Assembly: GCA_022710645.1 (NCBI GenBank)
Contig: JAKLGL010000002.1
Coordinates: 142,337 to 206,336, forward strand
Origin: Patescibacteria group bacterium
GTDB taxonomy: Bacteria; Patescibacteriota; Patescibacteriia; Magasanikbacterales; GWA2-37-8
Direction of reading: 5' to 3'
Length of the DNA stretch: 64,000 nucleotides
The position numbers and the translations under genes were made by a program. Of this stretch, positions 20,822 through 28,788 are shown in pieces. Below the pieces are notes generated by a model that had not been told where the DNA came from, did not search any database, and saw only the letters and a list, made by a program, of their open reading frames with translations. Every line of letters starts with the position of its first letter. The first letter of the stretch is position 1.

Positions 20822-21173
20822 TTTCTAAATCTTTTTCTATTTCTTCTTCCAACACTTCTTCTTCCAAATTTTCAATTTCTTTCGCATTCGGATTTTTTAT
20901 TGATCTGGCCTGTTTAAGTTTTAATTTTTTGGCCAATTCGTCAAAACTTCCCGGGTTATCTTTTTTCAAATAATTGATAAGGCGTCTGCGAGCGCTAACT
21001 TTGCGGAGCAAACCGCGACGAGAAGAATGATCTTTCGGATGAGATTTTAAATGTTCGGCCAATTCCTCGATTTCATGAGTTAGGATGGCAATTTGCACTT
21101 CCGAACTTCCGGTATCACCGGTATGAGTAGCAAATTTTTTGATAATTTGCTGTTTCTTTTTATTATCCAACAT
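20802..21173 (-). CDS. rpsO: 30S ribosomal protein S15 with an approximately 35-aa acidic C-terminal extension
   Basis: LAEHLKSHPKDHSSRRGLLRKVSARRRLINYLKK. The 3' end overlaps the NYN gene start by 20 nt. Confidence 0.85.
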   Translation of the reverse strand: MLDNKKKQQIIKKFATHTGDTGSSEVQIAILTHEIEELAEHLKSHPKDHSSRRGLLRKVSARRRLINYLKKDNPGSFDELAKKLKLKQARSIKNPNAKEIENLEEEVLEEEIEKDLENEKDSE

Positions 21174-21300
21174 ACAAATAATTATTTAAACCGCGATCTG
21201 GGGTATGGGACCCGAACGGGTTAAGTTAGTTATAATACAAAGATAATAGCAAAAATAATGGAATTTGTCAAGAAATACCCCCTCTCAATCTCAACTTCCT

Positions 21301-21804
21301 TTAGGGACATTTGGCATCAAAAAGACATTCCTCGCTTTCTGCAGGATGAAAAGCCCCGCCATTAATACAGTCACTTTGATTTGCGACATTGATACAACTA
21401 TCCGAATAAATACAGCAACCTGACTTTCCGCTAAAAGACCCCACTCTTGAAATAATAAAAGTTGTAATTCCGTAAGACAAAACCGTAATTATCAAACCGA
21501 TTACAGCTCCTTCCATCGTTGCTTTGGCGCGTTCTATAAATTCTTCTTTACCGCGAGCAGTCAACCAACGCAGACCGGCATAAAGCGTCAAACCAAAAAA
21601 TATAAAAGCTATGGCTGCGAAAGCGACATTTAATACTTTACCGATAGAAACATAAATATTATCAGAAGCAGTATCATAGCCGCTTTTCGCCGCAGTTTCG
21701 GACATGCCAAAATCTTGAGAAAAAACAAAAAACGGCAACAATAAAATACAGCAAAAAAGCAAAGAAAATAATGTGATTTTAATACTTTTTTTATTTAAAA
21801 ACAT
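21301..21804 (-). CDS. VirB2/TrbC-like pilin-family membrane protein with a Cys-rich C-terminal tail; an outlying paralog of the 23.7-28.8 kb array
   Basis: Core LTLYAGLRWLTARGKEEFIERAKATMEGAVIGLIITVLSYGITTFI; tail GKSGCCIYSDSCINVANQSDCINGG...ECLFDAKCP. Confidence 0.6.
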   Translation of the reverse strand: MFLNKKSIKITLFSLLFCCILLLPFFVFSQDFGMSETAAKSGYDTASDNIYVSIGKVLNVAFAAIAFIFFGLTLYAGLRWLTARGKEEFIERAKATMEGAVIGLIITVLSYGITTFIISRVGSFSGKSGCCIYSDSCINVANQSDCINGGAFHPAESEECLFDAKCP

Positions 21805-21889
21805 ATACAATTTTATTATTAAAGACAGGTTTATTGTAGCACACCTTGATTTTTTCGGCAAAATATGCTATAGTTGCAGGTGCGTTTTT

Positions 21890-21961
21890 GCCCCGGTAGT
21901 TCAGTGGATAGAATAAGAGCCTTCTAAGCTCCAGACCCAGGTTCGATTCCTGGCCGGGGTA
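21890..21961 (+). tRNA. tRNA-Arg, anticodon TCT
   Basis: GCCCCGGTAGTTCAGTGGATAGAATAAGAGCCTTCTAAGCTCCAGACCCAGGTTCGATTCCTGGCCGGGGTA. Confidence 0.85.
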
Positions 21962-21969
21962 CTAATCGA

Positions 21970-22006
21970 GTTAAAAGTTTATAAAGTTATAAAGTTTATA
22001 AAGTTG
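21970..22006. promoter_or_regulatory. Tandem TATAAAGTT repeats, third locus
   Basis: GTTAAAAGTTTATAAAGTTATAAAGTTTATAAAGTTG. Confidence 0.4.
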
Positions 22007-22035
22007 TGGGAAGGGGTTGAATATTTTAAAAAATC

Positions 22036-22044
22036 TGTTATAAT
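22036..22044 (+). promoter_or_regulatory. Extended -10 element TGTTATAAT
   Basis: TGnTATAAT lies about 35 nt upstream of the small basic ORF. Confidence 0.4.
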
Positions 22045-22078
22045 GCTTATAAATTAATTAAAATTTTAATGTAAAATT

Positions 22079-22195
22079 ATGAATAGCGCTTATCGTGCTC
22101 GCATAAGACATTGCAAAAAGAACACCAAAAAAGGCAAAATTTTAAGAAACAAAACCAAAATTTTGCGTAAACGTGTCAGTAAAATTGCAATATAA
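22079..22195 (+). CDS. Unannotated 38-aa highly basic peptide MNSAYRARIRHCKKNTKKGKILRNKTKILRKRVSKIAI, ribosomal-protein-like
   Basis: ATG at 22079, stop TAA at 22193-22195, preceded by an extended -10 element. It is below the ORF-track length cutoff. Confidence 0.35.
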   Translation: MNSAYRARIRHCKKNTKKGKILRNKTKILRKRVSKIAI

Positions 22196-22228
22196 TCAAT
22201 TGACTTTAGGAATACCTAAAGTCCATAT

Positions 22229-22301
22229 GGTGTCCTTGGTATAACGGTTATTACGTCGGTTTGTGGTACCGACAAAACGGGTTCGACTCCCGTAGGACAC
22301 C
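22229..22301 (+). tRNA. tRNA-His, anticodon GTG, with an encoded G-1
   Basis: G-GTGTCCTTGGTATAACGGTTATTACGTCGGTTTGTGGTACCGACAAAACGGGTTCGACTCCCGTAGGACAC-C. Confidence 0.85.
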
Positions 22302-22313
22302 CTAATCAACAAA

Positions 22314-22343
22314 AATACTCCTATTTATAGGGGTATTTTTGTT
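22314..22343 (+). terminator. Terminator after tRNA-His
   Basis: ATACTCCTAT-ttat-AGGGGTAT followed by TTTTTGTTG. Confidence 0.55.
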
Positions 22344-22461
22344 GACAGCGTTCTTAAGGGAGTCGAACAGGGAAAGGGAGAAAACGGGAGTTTTCTCTTG
22401 ATGAGGAAAGGTATTGGAAAACCCGAAGGTTTTCCAAAGAGGAGGCCAAAGGCCGACGACG

Positions 22462-22548
22462 TTCGACTCCCGTAGGACATCCATCAACAACAGAAGCCCC
22501 ATGGAGGAGCGAACCGACTAATGTCGGTGAGCGACGTTCGACTCCCTA
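22462..22548 (+). repeat. Two partial copies of the tRNA-His T-arm and acceptor 3' strand, like att remnants
   Basis: GTTCGACTCCCGTAGGACATCC at about 22462-22483 and GTTCGACTCCCTAGGACAC at about 22528-22547; the genuine tRNA 3' end is GGTTCGACTCCCGTAGGACACC. Confidence 0.6.
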
Positions 22549-22609
22549 GGACACTTTTAAAAATTTTACATACTTTACATTTTCCCCTCTTTCACACTAT
22601 ACTTACTTT

Positions 22610-23692
22610 ATGCTTAAGCCTATTCAAAAAATTCTATTCATCTCTTTTTCCGCCGGCGCCGGACACAAACGCGCAGCTGAAGCGCTTTTTTTGTCCTGTA
22701 AACAAAAATATCCGCAAATTCAAACCGAACACATAGATCTTCTGGATTATTCTAACTGTTTTTTCAAAAAAATTACCGCCTCTTTATATCATTTTTCAGT
22801 AAAATATTTTCCCGCTATTTACGGCCTGGCTTACAAAGCCACAAATCATTATTTTTTTGCCGACTTGCTTAATAAACTTTCCGGTATACTTCGCTTAAAT
22901 AATCTTAAGCTACACTCTTTTGTAAAAAATTATTCTCCGGACTTGATAATCTCCACTCATTTTATCGTTCCCGCGGTTGTCAAAGATATAGTCAAATCAA
23001 TCCCTATCGATATGGTTATTACTGATTACGGTTTACATGGAGTATGGCTAGCTCCCAATGTAAGAAATTTTTATGTAGCACATGAAAAGATAGCTCACGA
23101 ATTACAAGAAAAAAAAATCCAAGCAATAGCTACTGGCTTACCCGTACATCCAAACTTTTTTTCGGAAAAAAACATAGAAATTTTAAAAACAAAGTTTGAT
23201 CTTCGCCCGAAAGAAAAAACTATTTTGATAATGTCCGGCGGGTTCGGATTGAAAGATCAAACCCGGTTGATTAAAAAAATAACATCTTCTTTCTCTAAAA
23301 TAAATTTATTGGTTATTTCCGGAAAAGACAATGATAAGCTTTATCAAAAATACAAAAACATTCAAACTCCTCCGGGTGTTAATTATCAAGTAATAAAATT
23401 TACCGATGATATAGATGAACTGATACGTATTTGCGATATAGTAATTACCAAACCGGGAGGGATAACCCTGGCCGAATGCGCTTATTTGAATAAAAAAATA
23501 ATTTTAACCGAACCGATTCCCGGACAAGAAGAAACCAATGAAAAATATTTTACCCAAAACAAGTTGGCTGTAAAATTACAAGAAAAAAATATTACGGGGC
23601 AAATTCGCCAGTTGTTGGAACTGCCGGAAAATAAAAAATCACCAACCTTGTCGGCTAACGATCTCATATTAAATGAAGCGTTAAAAAATTAA
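22610..23692 (+). CDS. MGDG-synthase-like (GT28) diacylglycerol glycosyltransferase
   Basis: ISFSAGAGHKRAAEAL is the N-terminal signature; the C-terminal GT-B domain has ITKPGGITLAEC. Confidence 0.75.
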   Translation: MLKPIQKILFISFSAGAGHKRAAEALFLSCKQKYPQIQTEHIDLLDYSNCFFKKITASLYHFSVKYFPAIYGLAYKATNHYFFADLLNKLSGILRLNNLKLHSFVKNYSPDLIISTHFIVPAVVKDIVKSIPIDMVITDYGLHGVWLAPNVRNFYVAHEKIAHELQEKKIQAIATGLPVHPNFFSEKNIEILKTKFDLRPKEKTILIMSGGFGLKDQTRLIKKITSSFSKINLLVISGKDNDKLYQKYKNIQTPPGVNYQVIKFTDDIDELIRICDIVITKPGGITLAECAYLNKKIILTEPIPGQEETNEKYFTQNKLAVKLQEKNITGQIRQLLELPENKKSPTLSANDLILNEALKN

Positions 23693-23720
23693 AAAACAAC
23701 CTTTAAAGGTTGTTTTTTAA
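23693..23720 (+). terminator. Rho-independent terminator
   Basis: AAAAACAACCTTTAAAGGTTGTTTTTT. Confidence 0.7.
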
Positions 23721-23725
23721 TTTTT

Positions 23726-24136
23726 TTATTCCCATCTTCTAAACGGCGCACCTTCCAATAATACGACTTTAAAAACAAACAATGTTATAGAATAAGACAA
23801 CAAAATTATAATCAAACCTATCACAGCCGCGGTCAAAATACTTTTTGCTTTTTCTATATTACCTTCATCTCCACCCGCGGTCATCCATAGAAATCCGGCA
23901 TACAGAGCCAAAAGTAAAAATACGAAACCGAGCATTCCGAGCGCATATCTGATTATCAAAAAAATTCCATCTCGCGGGTCTACCGGCTCGTCAAAACCGG
24001 CTCCTTTTTCACCGGCTGCAGCTTGTAATTGTTTATCTATCTCATTGGCAGCATCGGTGTTTTGAGCCAAACAAAAACTCGTATTTCCCAACAATAAAAT
24101 TCCGAACAGAAAAGTCAAAAATATTTTTTTGAACAT
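23726..24136 (-). CDS. VirB2/TrbC-like pilin-family protein, array member 1
   Basis: Signal peptide, then LALYAGFLWMTAGGDEGNIEKAKSILTAAVIGLIIILLSYSITLFV. Confidence 0.65.
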   Translation of the reverse strand: MFKKIFLTFLFGILLLGNTSFCLAQNTDAANEIDKQLQAAAGEKGAGFDEPVDPRDGIFLIIRYALGMLGFVFLLLALYAGFLWMTAGGDEGNIEKAKSILTAAVIGLIIILLSYSITLFVFKVVLLEGAPFRRWE

Positions 24137-24155
24137 ATTTTAAAAAATTAAAAAA

Positions 24156-24791
24156 TTAATCCGGAACGATTCCTTTGTATTCATCACATCTGAAATCATA
24201 ATCATTTTGCGCTTTAGCGCAAGTATTAGTAAACCAAGCGCCGCTAACCCCCTGACAATTTTGTTGTCCTTGATTTTCATAACAATCTCCGCAAGGCACT
24301 TCGTAAGCCGCAGCTCCGACTCCGATTTTTTTGGTACATCCTTGAACGGCGACAAAACAACAACCACTATACTGACTGGGGCCTACAGGTTGTAGTTCTC
24401 CGTACGGTTCGGGTTTTGTTGTACCGGCGACAAAATACAATATCAAAGCGGTAATACTGTAAGAAAGCATGACTATGACCAAACCGATTACGGCCGATGA
24501 CAAAATAGATTTTGCTTTTTCTATATTACCTTCATCTCCACCCGCGGTCATCCATAGAAATCCGGCATACAAAGTTAACAGCAGAAAAATGATTCCGGTA
24601 AAACCCAAAACTCCGTTGATATATCTGCCTATTGTTTCAGCCAAAGATGTTTCCGTCACGCCCGAAGTAGAAATTCCTCCTTGCTTGGCGATATTTTCGG
24701 CCGTACCCAAACCGATATCCGGTTGCGCGGCAACCGAACCGGCCAAACAAAAAAATGTTATCAACGAAAAAACAAAAAATCTTTTAAACAT
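24156..24791 (-). CDS. VirB2/TrbC-like pilin-family protein with a 10-Cys C-terminal tail, member 2
   Basis: Core LTLYAGFLWMTAGGDEGNIEKAKSILSSAVIGLVIVMLSYSIT; tail ...SGCCFVAVQGCTKK...CGDCYENQGQQNCQG...CAKAQNDYDFRCDEYKG. Confidence 0.65.
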   Translation of the reverse strand: MFKRFFVFSLITFFCLAGSVAAQPDIGLGTAENIAKQGGISTSGVTETSLAETIGRYINGVLGFTGIIFLLLTLYAGFLWMTAGGDEGNIEKAKSILSSAVIGLVIVMLSYSITALILYFVAGTTKPEPYGELQPVGPSQYSGCCFVAVQGCTKKIGVGAAAYEVPCGDCYENQGQQNCQGVSGAWFTNTCAKAQNDYDFRCDEYKGIVPD

Positions 24792-24796
24792 AAGAA

Positions 24797-25186
24797 TTAA
24801 TTACCCAAAGAAGTCGGCGGAGCCGACGCTTGGCGCGTTAAATTCAAAACCATAGCGGTAATTCCGTAAGCCATAAAAATTATTATCAAGCCTATAGTAG
24901 CGGCCGTAATTATTTCTTTGGCTTTTTCTATTTTACCTTCATCTCCTCCGGCAGTTAACCATAAGAAACCGGCATAGAAAGTTAATGCAAAAAAGATAAC
25001 CCCCAAAAATCCCAATACGGCTTTGATATATCCGCCAATAGTTTGAGACAAGGAGTATTCGGTAACATCGGTAGAATAACCGGATTTTTCGGCAATATTT
25101 TGCAAAGGATCTTGAGCTAAACAAAAAACTTTCGGGATAAACACCGCACCGAATAACAAACAAATTATAAAAATCTTTTTAAACAT
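24797..25186 (-). CDS. VirB2/TrbC-like pilin-family protein, member 3
   Basis: LTFYAGFLWLTAGGDEGKIEKAKEIITAATIGLIIIFMAYGIT. Confidence 0.65.
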   Translation of the reverse strand: MFKKIFIICLLFGAVFIPKVFCLAQDPLQNIAEKSGYSTDVTEYSLSQTIGGYIKAVLGFLGVIFFALTFYAGFLWLTAGGDEGKIEKAKEIITAATIGLIIIFMAYGITAMVLNLTRQASAPPTSLGN

Positions 25187-25189
25187 ATT

Positions 25190-25558
25190 TTATTGAACTT
25201 TACCCAAAACAAACATTGTTATCGAATAGGCACTCAAGGTAACAGCCAAACCGACAACACACCAAAAAATAATAGTTTTGGCTTTTTCTATTTTTCCTTC
25301 ATCGCCTGACGATATCAACCACAAAACACCGGCGTAAATCATAAAAATAAAGAATAAAGTATTTACCAAAAACATCGCGCCTTTGATAATATTTGATGTC
25401 GAAGCATCAAAACCGGAAAAACTAAGTTTAGTCGCAAAATCATCCATTTTTTCTTTTGAATCTTGAAATGCCGGCGAAGCGGTTTGCGCGTTAACAAAAG
25501 AATAAAATAAACCGGAAAATAAAAATGTAATAATAAAAATGATGATTGTTTTTTTCAT
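25190..25558 (-). CDS. VirB2/TrbC-like pilin-family protein, member 4
   Basis: MIYAGVLWLISSGDEGKIEKAKTIIFWCVVGLAVTLSAYSIT. Confidence 0.65.
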   Translation of the reverse strand: MKKTIIIFIITFLFSGLFYSFVNAQTASPAFQDSKEKMDDFATKLSFSGFDASTSNIIKGAMFLVNTLFFIFMIYAGVLWLISSGDEGKIEKAKTIIFWCVVGLAVTLSAYSITMFVLGKVQ

Positions 25559-25560
25559 AT

Positions 25561-26055
25561 TTAATCATTAACACAACAAGCAAATTCCGTACTTGGATCA
25601 CAACCGGCCAAAGAAGCGTTACCTGTGCTTCCACCGGCTTCCACACATTCGTTTAAACCTATTTCATTATTGGTAAAACAACTGCAAGTTTGTTTATTTG
25701 AAGCGCTACCCAATTTACTTCCCACAAAATAAGTTATGGTATAAGCGGACAAAACAATGGCCAAACCTATCACTGCGGCCGTAATTATTTCTTTGGCTTT
25801 TTCTATTTTTCCTTCATCACCGCTGGCAGTCATCCATAAAACCCCGGCATAAATCGTCAAAACCAAAAATATTGTTCCGAGCATCCCCAAAATAGATGCG
25901 ATCATAGACCCTATTTTACTCTCCAAAGGAGCCTGATTTATTCCCGCTTTACCGGCTACATTAGTCAAACCAGATCCGCCCAAATCTTGAGCCGAAACCG
26001 CGGCAATACCAAAAACAAAAACCGTTGCTAAAAGAAAAATAAAAATTTTTTTCAT
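25561..26055 (-). CDS. VirB2/TrbC-like pilin-family protein with a Cys-rich tail, member 5
   Basis: LTIYAGVLWMTASGDEGKIEKAKEIITAAVIGLAIVLSAYTIT; tail NKQTCSCFTNNEIGLNECVEAGG...GCDPSTEFACCVND. Confidence 0.65.
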   Translation of the reverse strand: MKKIFIFLLATVFVFGIAAVSAQDLGGSGLTNVAGKAGINQAPLESKIGSMIASILGMLGTIFLVLTIYAGVLWMTASGDEGKIEKAKEIITAAVIGLAIVLSAYTITYFVGSKLGSASNKQTCSCFTNNEIGLNECVEAGGSTGNASLAGCDPSTEFACCVND

Positions 26056-26115
26056 AAATGAGTGAATAAAATAGAAATGAGTTTATAACTCTTGTGAAAC
26101 AGTGATTATAAAATT

Positions 26116-26649
26116 TTAATTTGTTTTTTGAGCTTTGACTCTGCAACATTGGATATTAGCACCGCCCGGACAAAGATTTTTTTCATAATCTCCTTTGATA
26201 TTATTATAGACACAATCGCTGTTTATATCCTGACAAGAGGCGTAACCGTAAGTTTCATCGGCTATACATTTATTTTCCACTACTGTCGGAACAGAAGATA
26301 AAATATTACCAAAAACAAAATTTGTTATCGCATAAGCCGAAACGGAAATAATCAAACCAGCAACCGCGGCAAAAATTATTTTTTTTGCTTTTTCCACTTG
26401 ACTATCGTTGCCGCCGGCGGTCATCCATAAAAATCCGGAATAAACCAATAATAAGAAAAATATTATCCCTAGATAAAGTGATACTTGTCCTAAAACCAAA
26501 CCTACTGCACTCGGCAAGCTGCCGGTTTTGGAAACTTCCGTTTCACTCAACCCGGATATTTTACCGGCTGTATCCAACCCTCCTTGAGCCCACACCACAG
26601 ACACACTCATAATACCGGTTAAAATAATCAAAAAAAATATTTTTCGCAT
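26116..26649 (-). CDS. VirB2/TrbC-like pilin-family protein with a Cys-rich tail, member 6
   Basis: LLVYSGFLWMTAGGNDSQVEKAKKIIFAAVAGLIISVSAYAIT; tail NKCIADETYGYASCQDINSDCVYNN...CPGGANIQCCRVKAQKTN. Confidence 0.65.
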   Translation of the reverse strand: MRKIFFLIILTGIMSVSVVWAQGGLDTAGKISGLSETEVSKTGSLPSAVGLVLGQVSLYLGIIFFLLLVYSGFLWMTAGGNDSQVEKAKKIIFAAVAGLIISVSAYAITNFVFGNILSSVPTVVENKCIADETYGYASCQDINSDCVYNNIKGDYEKNLCPGGANIQCCRVKAQKTN

Positions 26650-26658
26650 AGTTATTCT

Positions 26659-27063
26659 TTAGGGAGATGAAGTTAAACGACTAAAAATAAATTCGGAAAT
26701 TCCATAAGCCAAAACCACTATCACAATACCATAAATAGCGCTTTCAATAATATCTTTAGCTTTGTCTACTTCTCCGGAATTATCTCGAGCTTTAATCCAG
26801 GTAAAACCGGCATAAATTATCAAAACCATCAAAACTATACCGACAAAACCCAAAACCAATCTTACCAACCCTTGAATAATATCCAAAGGTTCTTGATTGG
26901 AAATTCCTATAAGAGACAAAAGGCTATTATTATAAACTTTCTGCACTCCATATTTGGCGGCTTTTTGATCCGCTGTTTCATCGGCAAAACAAACCGATAA
27001 CGGCAAAATCAAAATCGAAAAAAGAATCGCGCCAAAAATAAATTTTTTAAAAAAAGATTTCAT
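26659..27063 (-). CDS. VirB2/TrbC-like pilin-family protein, member 7
   Basis: Start at MKSFFKKFIF; core LIIYAGFTWIKARDNSGEVDKAKDIIESAIYGIVIVVLAYGIS. Confidence 0.6.
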   Translation of the reverse strand: MKSFFKKFIFGAILFSILILPLSVCFADETADQKAAKYGVQKVYNNSLLSLIGISNQEPLDIIQGLVRLVLGFVGIVLMVLIIYAGFTWIKARDNSGEVDKAKDIIESAIYGIVIVVLAYGISEFIFSRLTSSP

Positions 27064-27150
27064 ATTGTTTTCTAACGACAATAATTTATCGCCAAAAAAC
27101 AATTTTTCAAAGGGGGTTGCGCGCGCGAACCCCCTTTGAAAAAAATGTTA

Positions 27151-27546
27151 TTACATAGTAGGATCGGTAGTTGCTGTAACCAATGAATTGATAACGAAAT
27201 TGGCCAAAGCATAGGCGGACAAAATGATCGCCAAGCCGATAATACCGGAAAAAATCCATTTTTTACCGGTTTCCACACGTCCTTCATCTCCACCGGCTGT
27301 CATCCAATAGAAACCGCCGATAAGAATTATAACCACGGCTACGATACCAAGAAGACCCATCATCACTCTGATAATGGAAGCTACTGTGGTACGAACATCT
27401 TGGGTACCCAAACCGATTTTAGCGCCATAAGAAATACCTAAATCGTCGGCTTGAATAGGTGTTTGAGCGGAAGAGGTGTTAGCCCAAAAAACCAAACCTC
27501 CAAGCATCATTGAAAAAATCACCATTGTCGAAACTAATTTTTGCAT
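27151..27546 (-). CDS. VirB2/TrbC-like pilin-family protein, member 8
   Basis: ILIGGFYWMTAGGDEGRVETGKKWIFSGIIGLAIILSAYALA. Confidence 0.6.
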   Translation of the reverse strand: MQKLVSTMVIFSMMLGGLVFWANTSSAQTPIQADDLGISYGAKIGLGTQDVRTTVASIIRVMMGLLGIVAVVIILIGGFYWMTAGGDEGRVETGKKWIFSGIIGLAIILSAYALANFVINSLVTATTDPTM

Positions 27547-27631
27547 ATTCTCACCCCCTTTCCGTTGTTAATTTCTTTTTTAAACATAACTTTATTTTAC
27601 TCCGCTTTATTCTTTATCGCAACTTTATTTA

Positions 27632-27967
27632 TTAAAATACTTGAAAAATAGTAGCGGTTATCAAATAACTGGAAAAAACAAAAATCAATCCTATCGCCGC
27701 CCAAATCATCGTTTGAGTACCGCTTTTTATCTTATCTTCATTACCCGCGGCCGTGAGCCATTGAAAACCTCCGTAAACCATCATTACCAAAGCCACACCG
27801 CCAATAATTCCGAGAACCGCTTTGATAACATAACCTATGATTTCAGCCGGACTATCCAAATTAATTTTCAAAGGATTAGTTAATTTAATAGTATTTTCAT
27901 TGGCGGCCAAAACGGCGGTTGAAAACAAAAACGATAAAGCAAATATCAATAAAAATATTTTTTTCAT
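27632..27967 (-). CDS. VirB2/TrbC-like pilin-family protein, member 9
   Basis: MMVYGGFQWLTAAGNEDKIKSGTQTMIWAAIGLIFVFSSYLIT. Confidence 0.6.
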   Translation of the reverse strand: MKKIFLLIFALSFLFSTAVLAANENTIKLTNPLKINLDSPAEIIGYVIKAVLGIIGGVALVMMVYGGFQWLTAAGNEDKIKSGTQTMIWAAIGLIFVFSSYLITATIFQVF

Positions 27968-27975
27968 AAGTTCTA

Positions 27976-28329
27976 TTAACCAAAAATATTAATAACAAAA
28001 CGAACAAAACCGTAACTAGCTCCGATAGCCACTGCACCAAACGCAGTCCAAACCAAAATAGTTCGCGCTTTTTCTATTTTACTATCATTACCGGCGGCGG
28101 TCATCCATAAAAATCCAGCATAAACCATCAAAGCCAGAGCTATAGTTCCCATAAACATTACCATAGCATTGATTCCTCTACTCATCAGATCGGAAACCCC
28201 TTGCACGTTTGAAGGATTAAGTTTTGCCGCAGCTTCCTCTTTTAAAGAGGAAGTCGTATAAGATTGAGCACAGACTTTCTGAATCGGTAACAGAATAAAA
28301 GAAAATAAAACTAAAAATATTTTTTTCAT
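27976..28329 (-). CDS. VirB2/TrbC-like pilin-family protein, member 10
   Basis: Start at MKKIFLVLFSF; core LMVYAGFLWMTAAGNDSKIEKARTILVWTAFGAVAIGASYGFV. Confidence 0.6.
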   Translation of the reverse strand: MKKIFLVLFSFILLPIQKVCAQSYTTSSLKEEAAAKLNPSNVQGVSDLMSRGINAMVMFMGTIALALMVYAGFLWMTAAGNDSKIEKARTILVWTAFGAVAIGASYGFVRFVINIFG

Positions 28330-28330
28330 A

Positions 28331-28783
28331 TTAGTTGTTTTTTGGTGTAGTAGTAGGCGTTTGTTCCAATTTGTATTCATCTTGCAATTGTAAAGAGTCT
28401 CCCAAAAATTTAACAATGGCCACTCCCGAATAAGCTATTACTATACCTATAACAGCGGCAATCATCGCATCTTTAGCTTCTTTTATTTTACCCGAATCAC
28501 CTCCGGAAATTATCATTTTGAATCCTCCGTAAACAAACACGAGTAATGCCAAAGCTCCGATAAAAGTAAACATATAAGCTCCTATATTTATCGCCAATTC
28601 GATAAATATACCGACATCGTCGCAAGCTTTATTTTCTCCAGGAGTTTTAGCCCCGCTCATCTGTTCTTGAATACATTTCGGATAAATTTTTGTCCAATTA
28701 CTCTGCGCTTGCACCCAACTCAAAGGAACAAAAAGTCCGATCATTAAAATTCCAACGATAATATTATTTTTAATTTTTTGCAT
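28331..28783 (-). CDS. VirB2/TrbC-like pilin-family protein, member 11
   Basis: Start at MQKIKNNIIVG; core LVFVYGGFKMIISGGDSGKIKEAKDAMIAAVIGIVIAYSGVAIV. Confidence 0.6.
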   Translation of the reverse strand: MQKIKNNIIVGILMIGLFVPLSWVQAQSNWTKIYPKCIQEQMSGAKTPGENKACDDVGIFIELAINIGAYMFTFIGALALLVFVYGGFKMIISGGDSGKIKEAKDAMIAAVIGIVIAYSGVAIVKFLGDSLQLQDEYKLEQTPTTTPKNN

Positions 28784-28788
28784 ATTTA

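Noticed and set aside
22229-22560. Intact integrated prophage or ICE at tRNA-His
   Set aside because: Only about 260 bp separate the tRNA from the last 3'-end copy, and no integrase or other mobile-element ORF is nearby. At most these are scars or miniature elements.
24140-27293. Overlapping alternative-frame ORFs within the pilin-like array (24140..24367, 24207..24395, 24469..24855, 24939..25163, 25961..26149, 26385..26612, 27072..27293)
   Set aside because: Each is embedded in or antisense to a conserved family member that has a clear signal peptide and motif.
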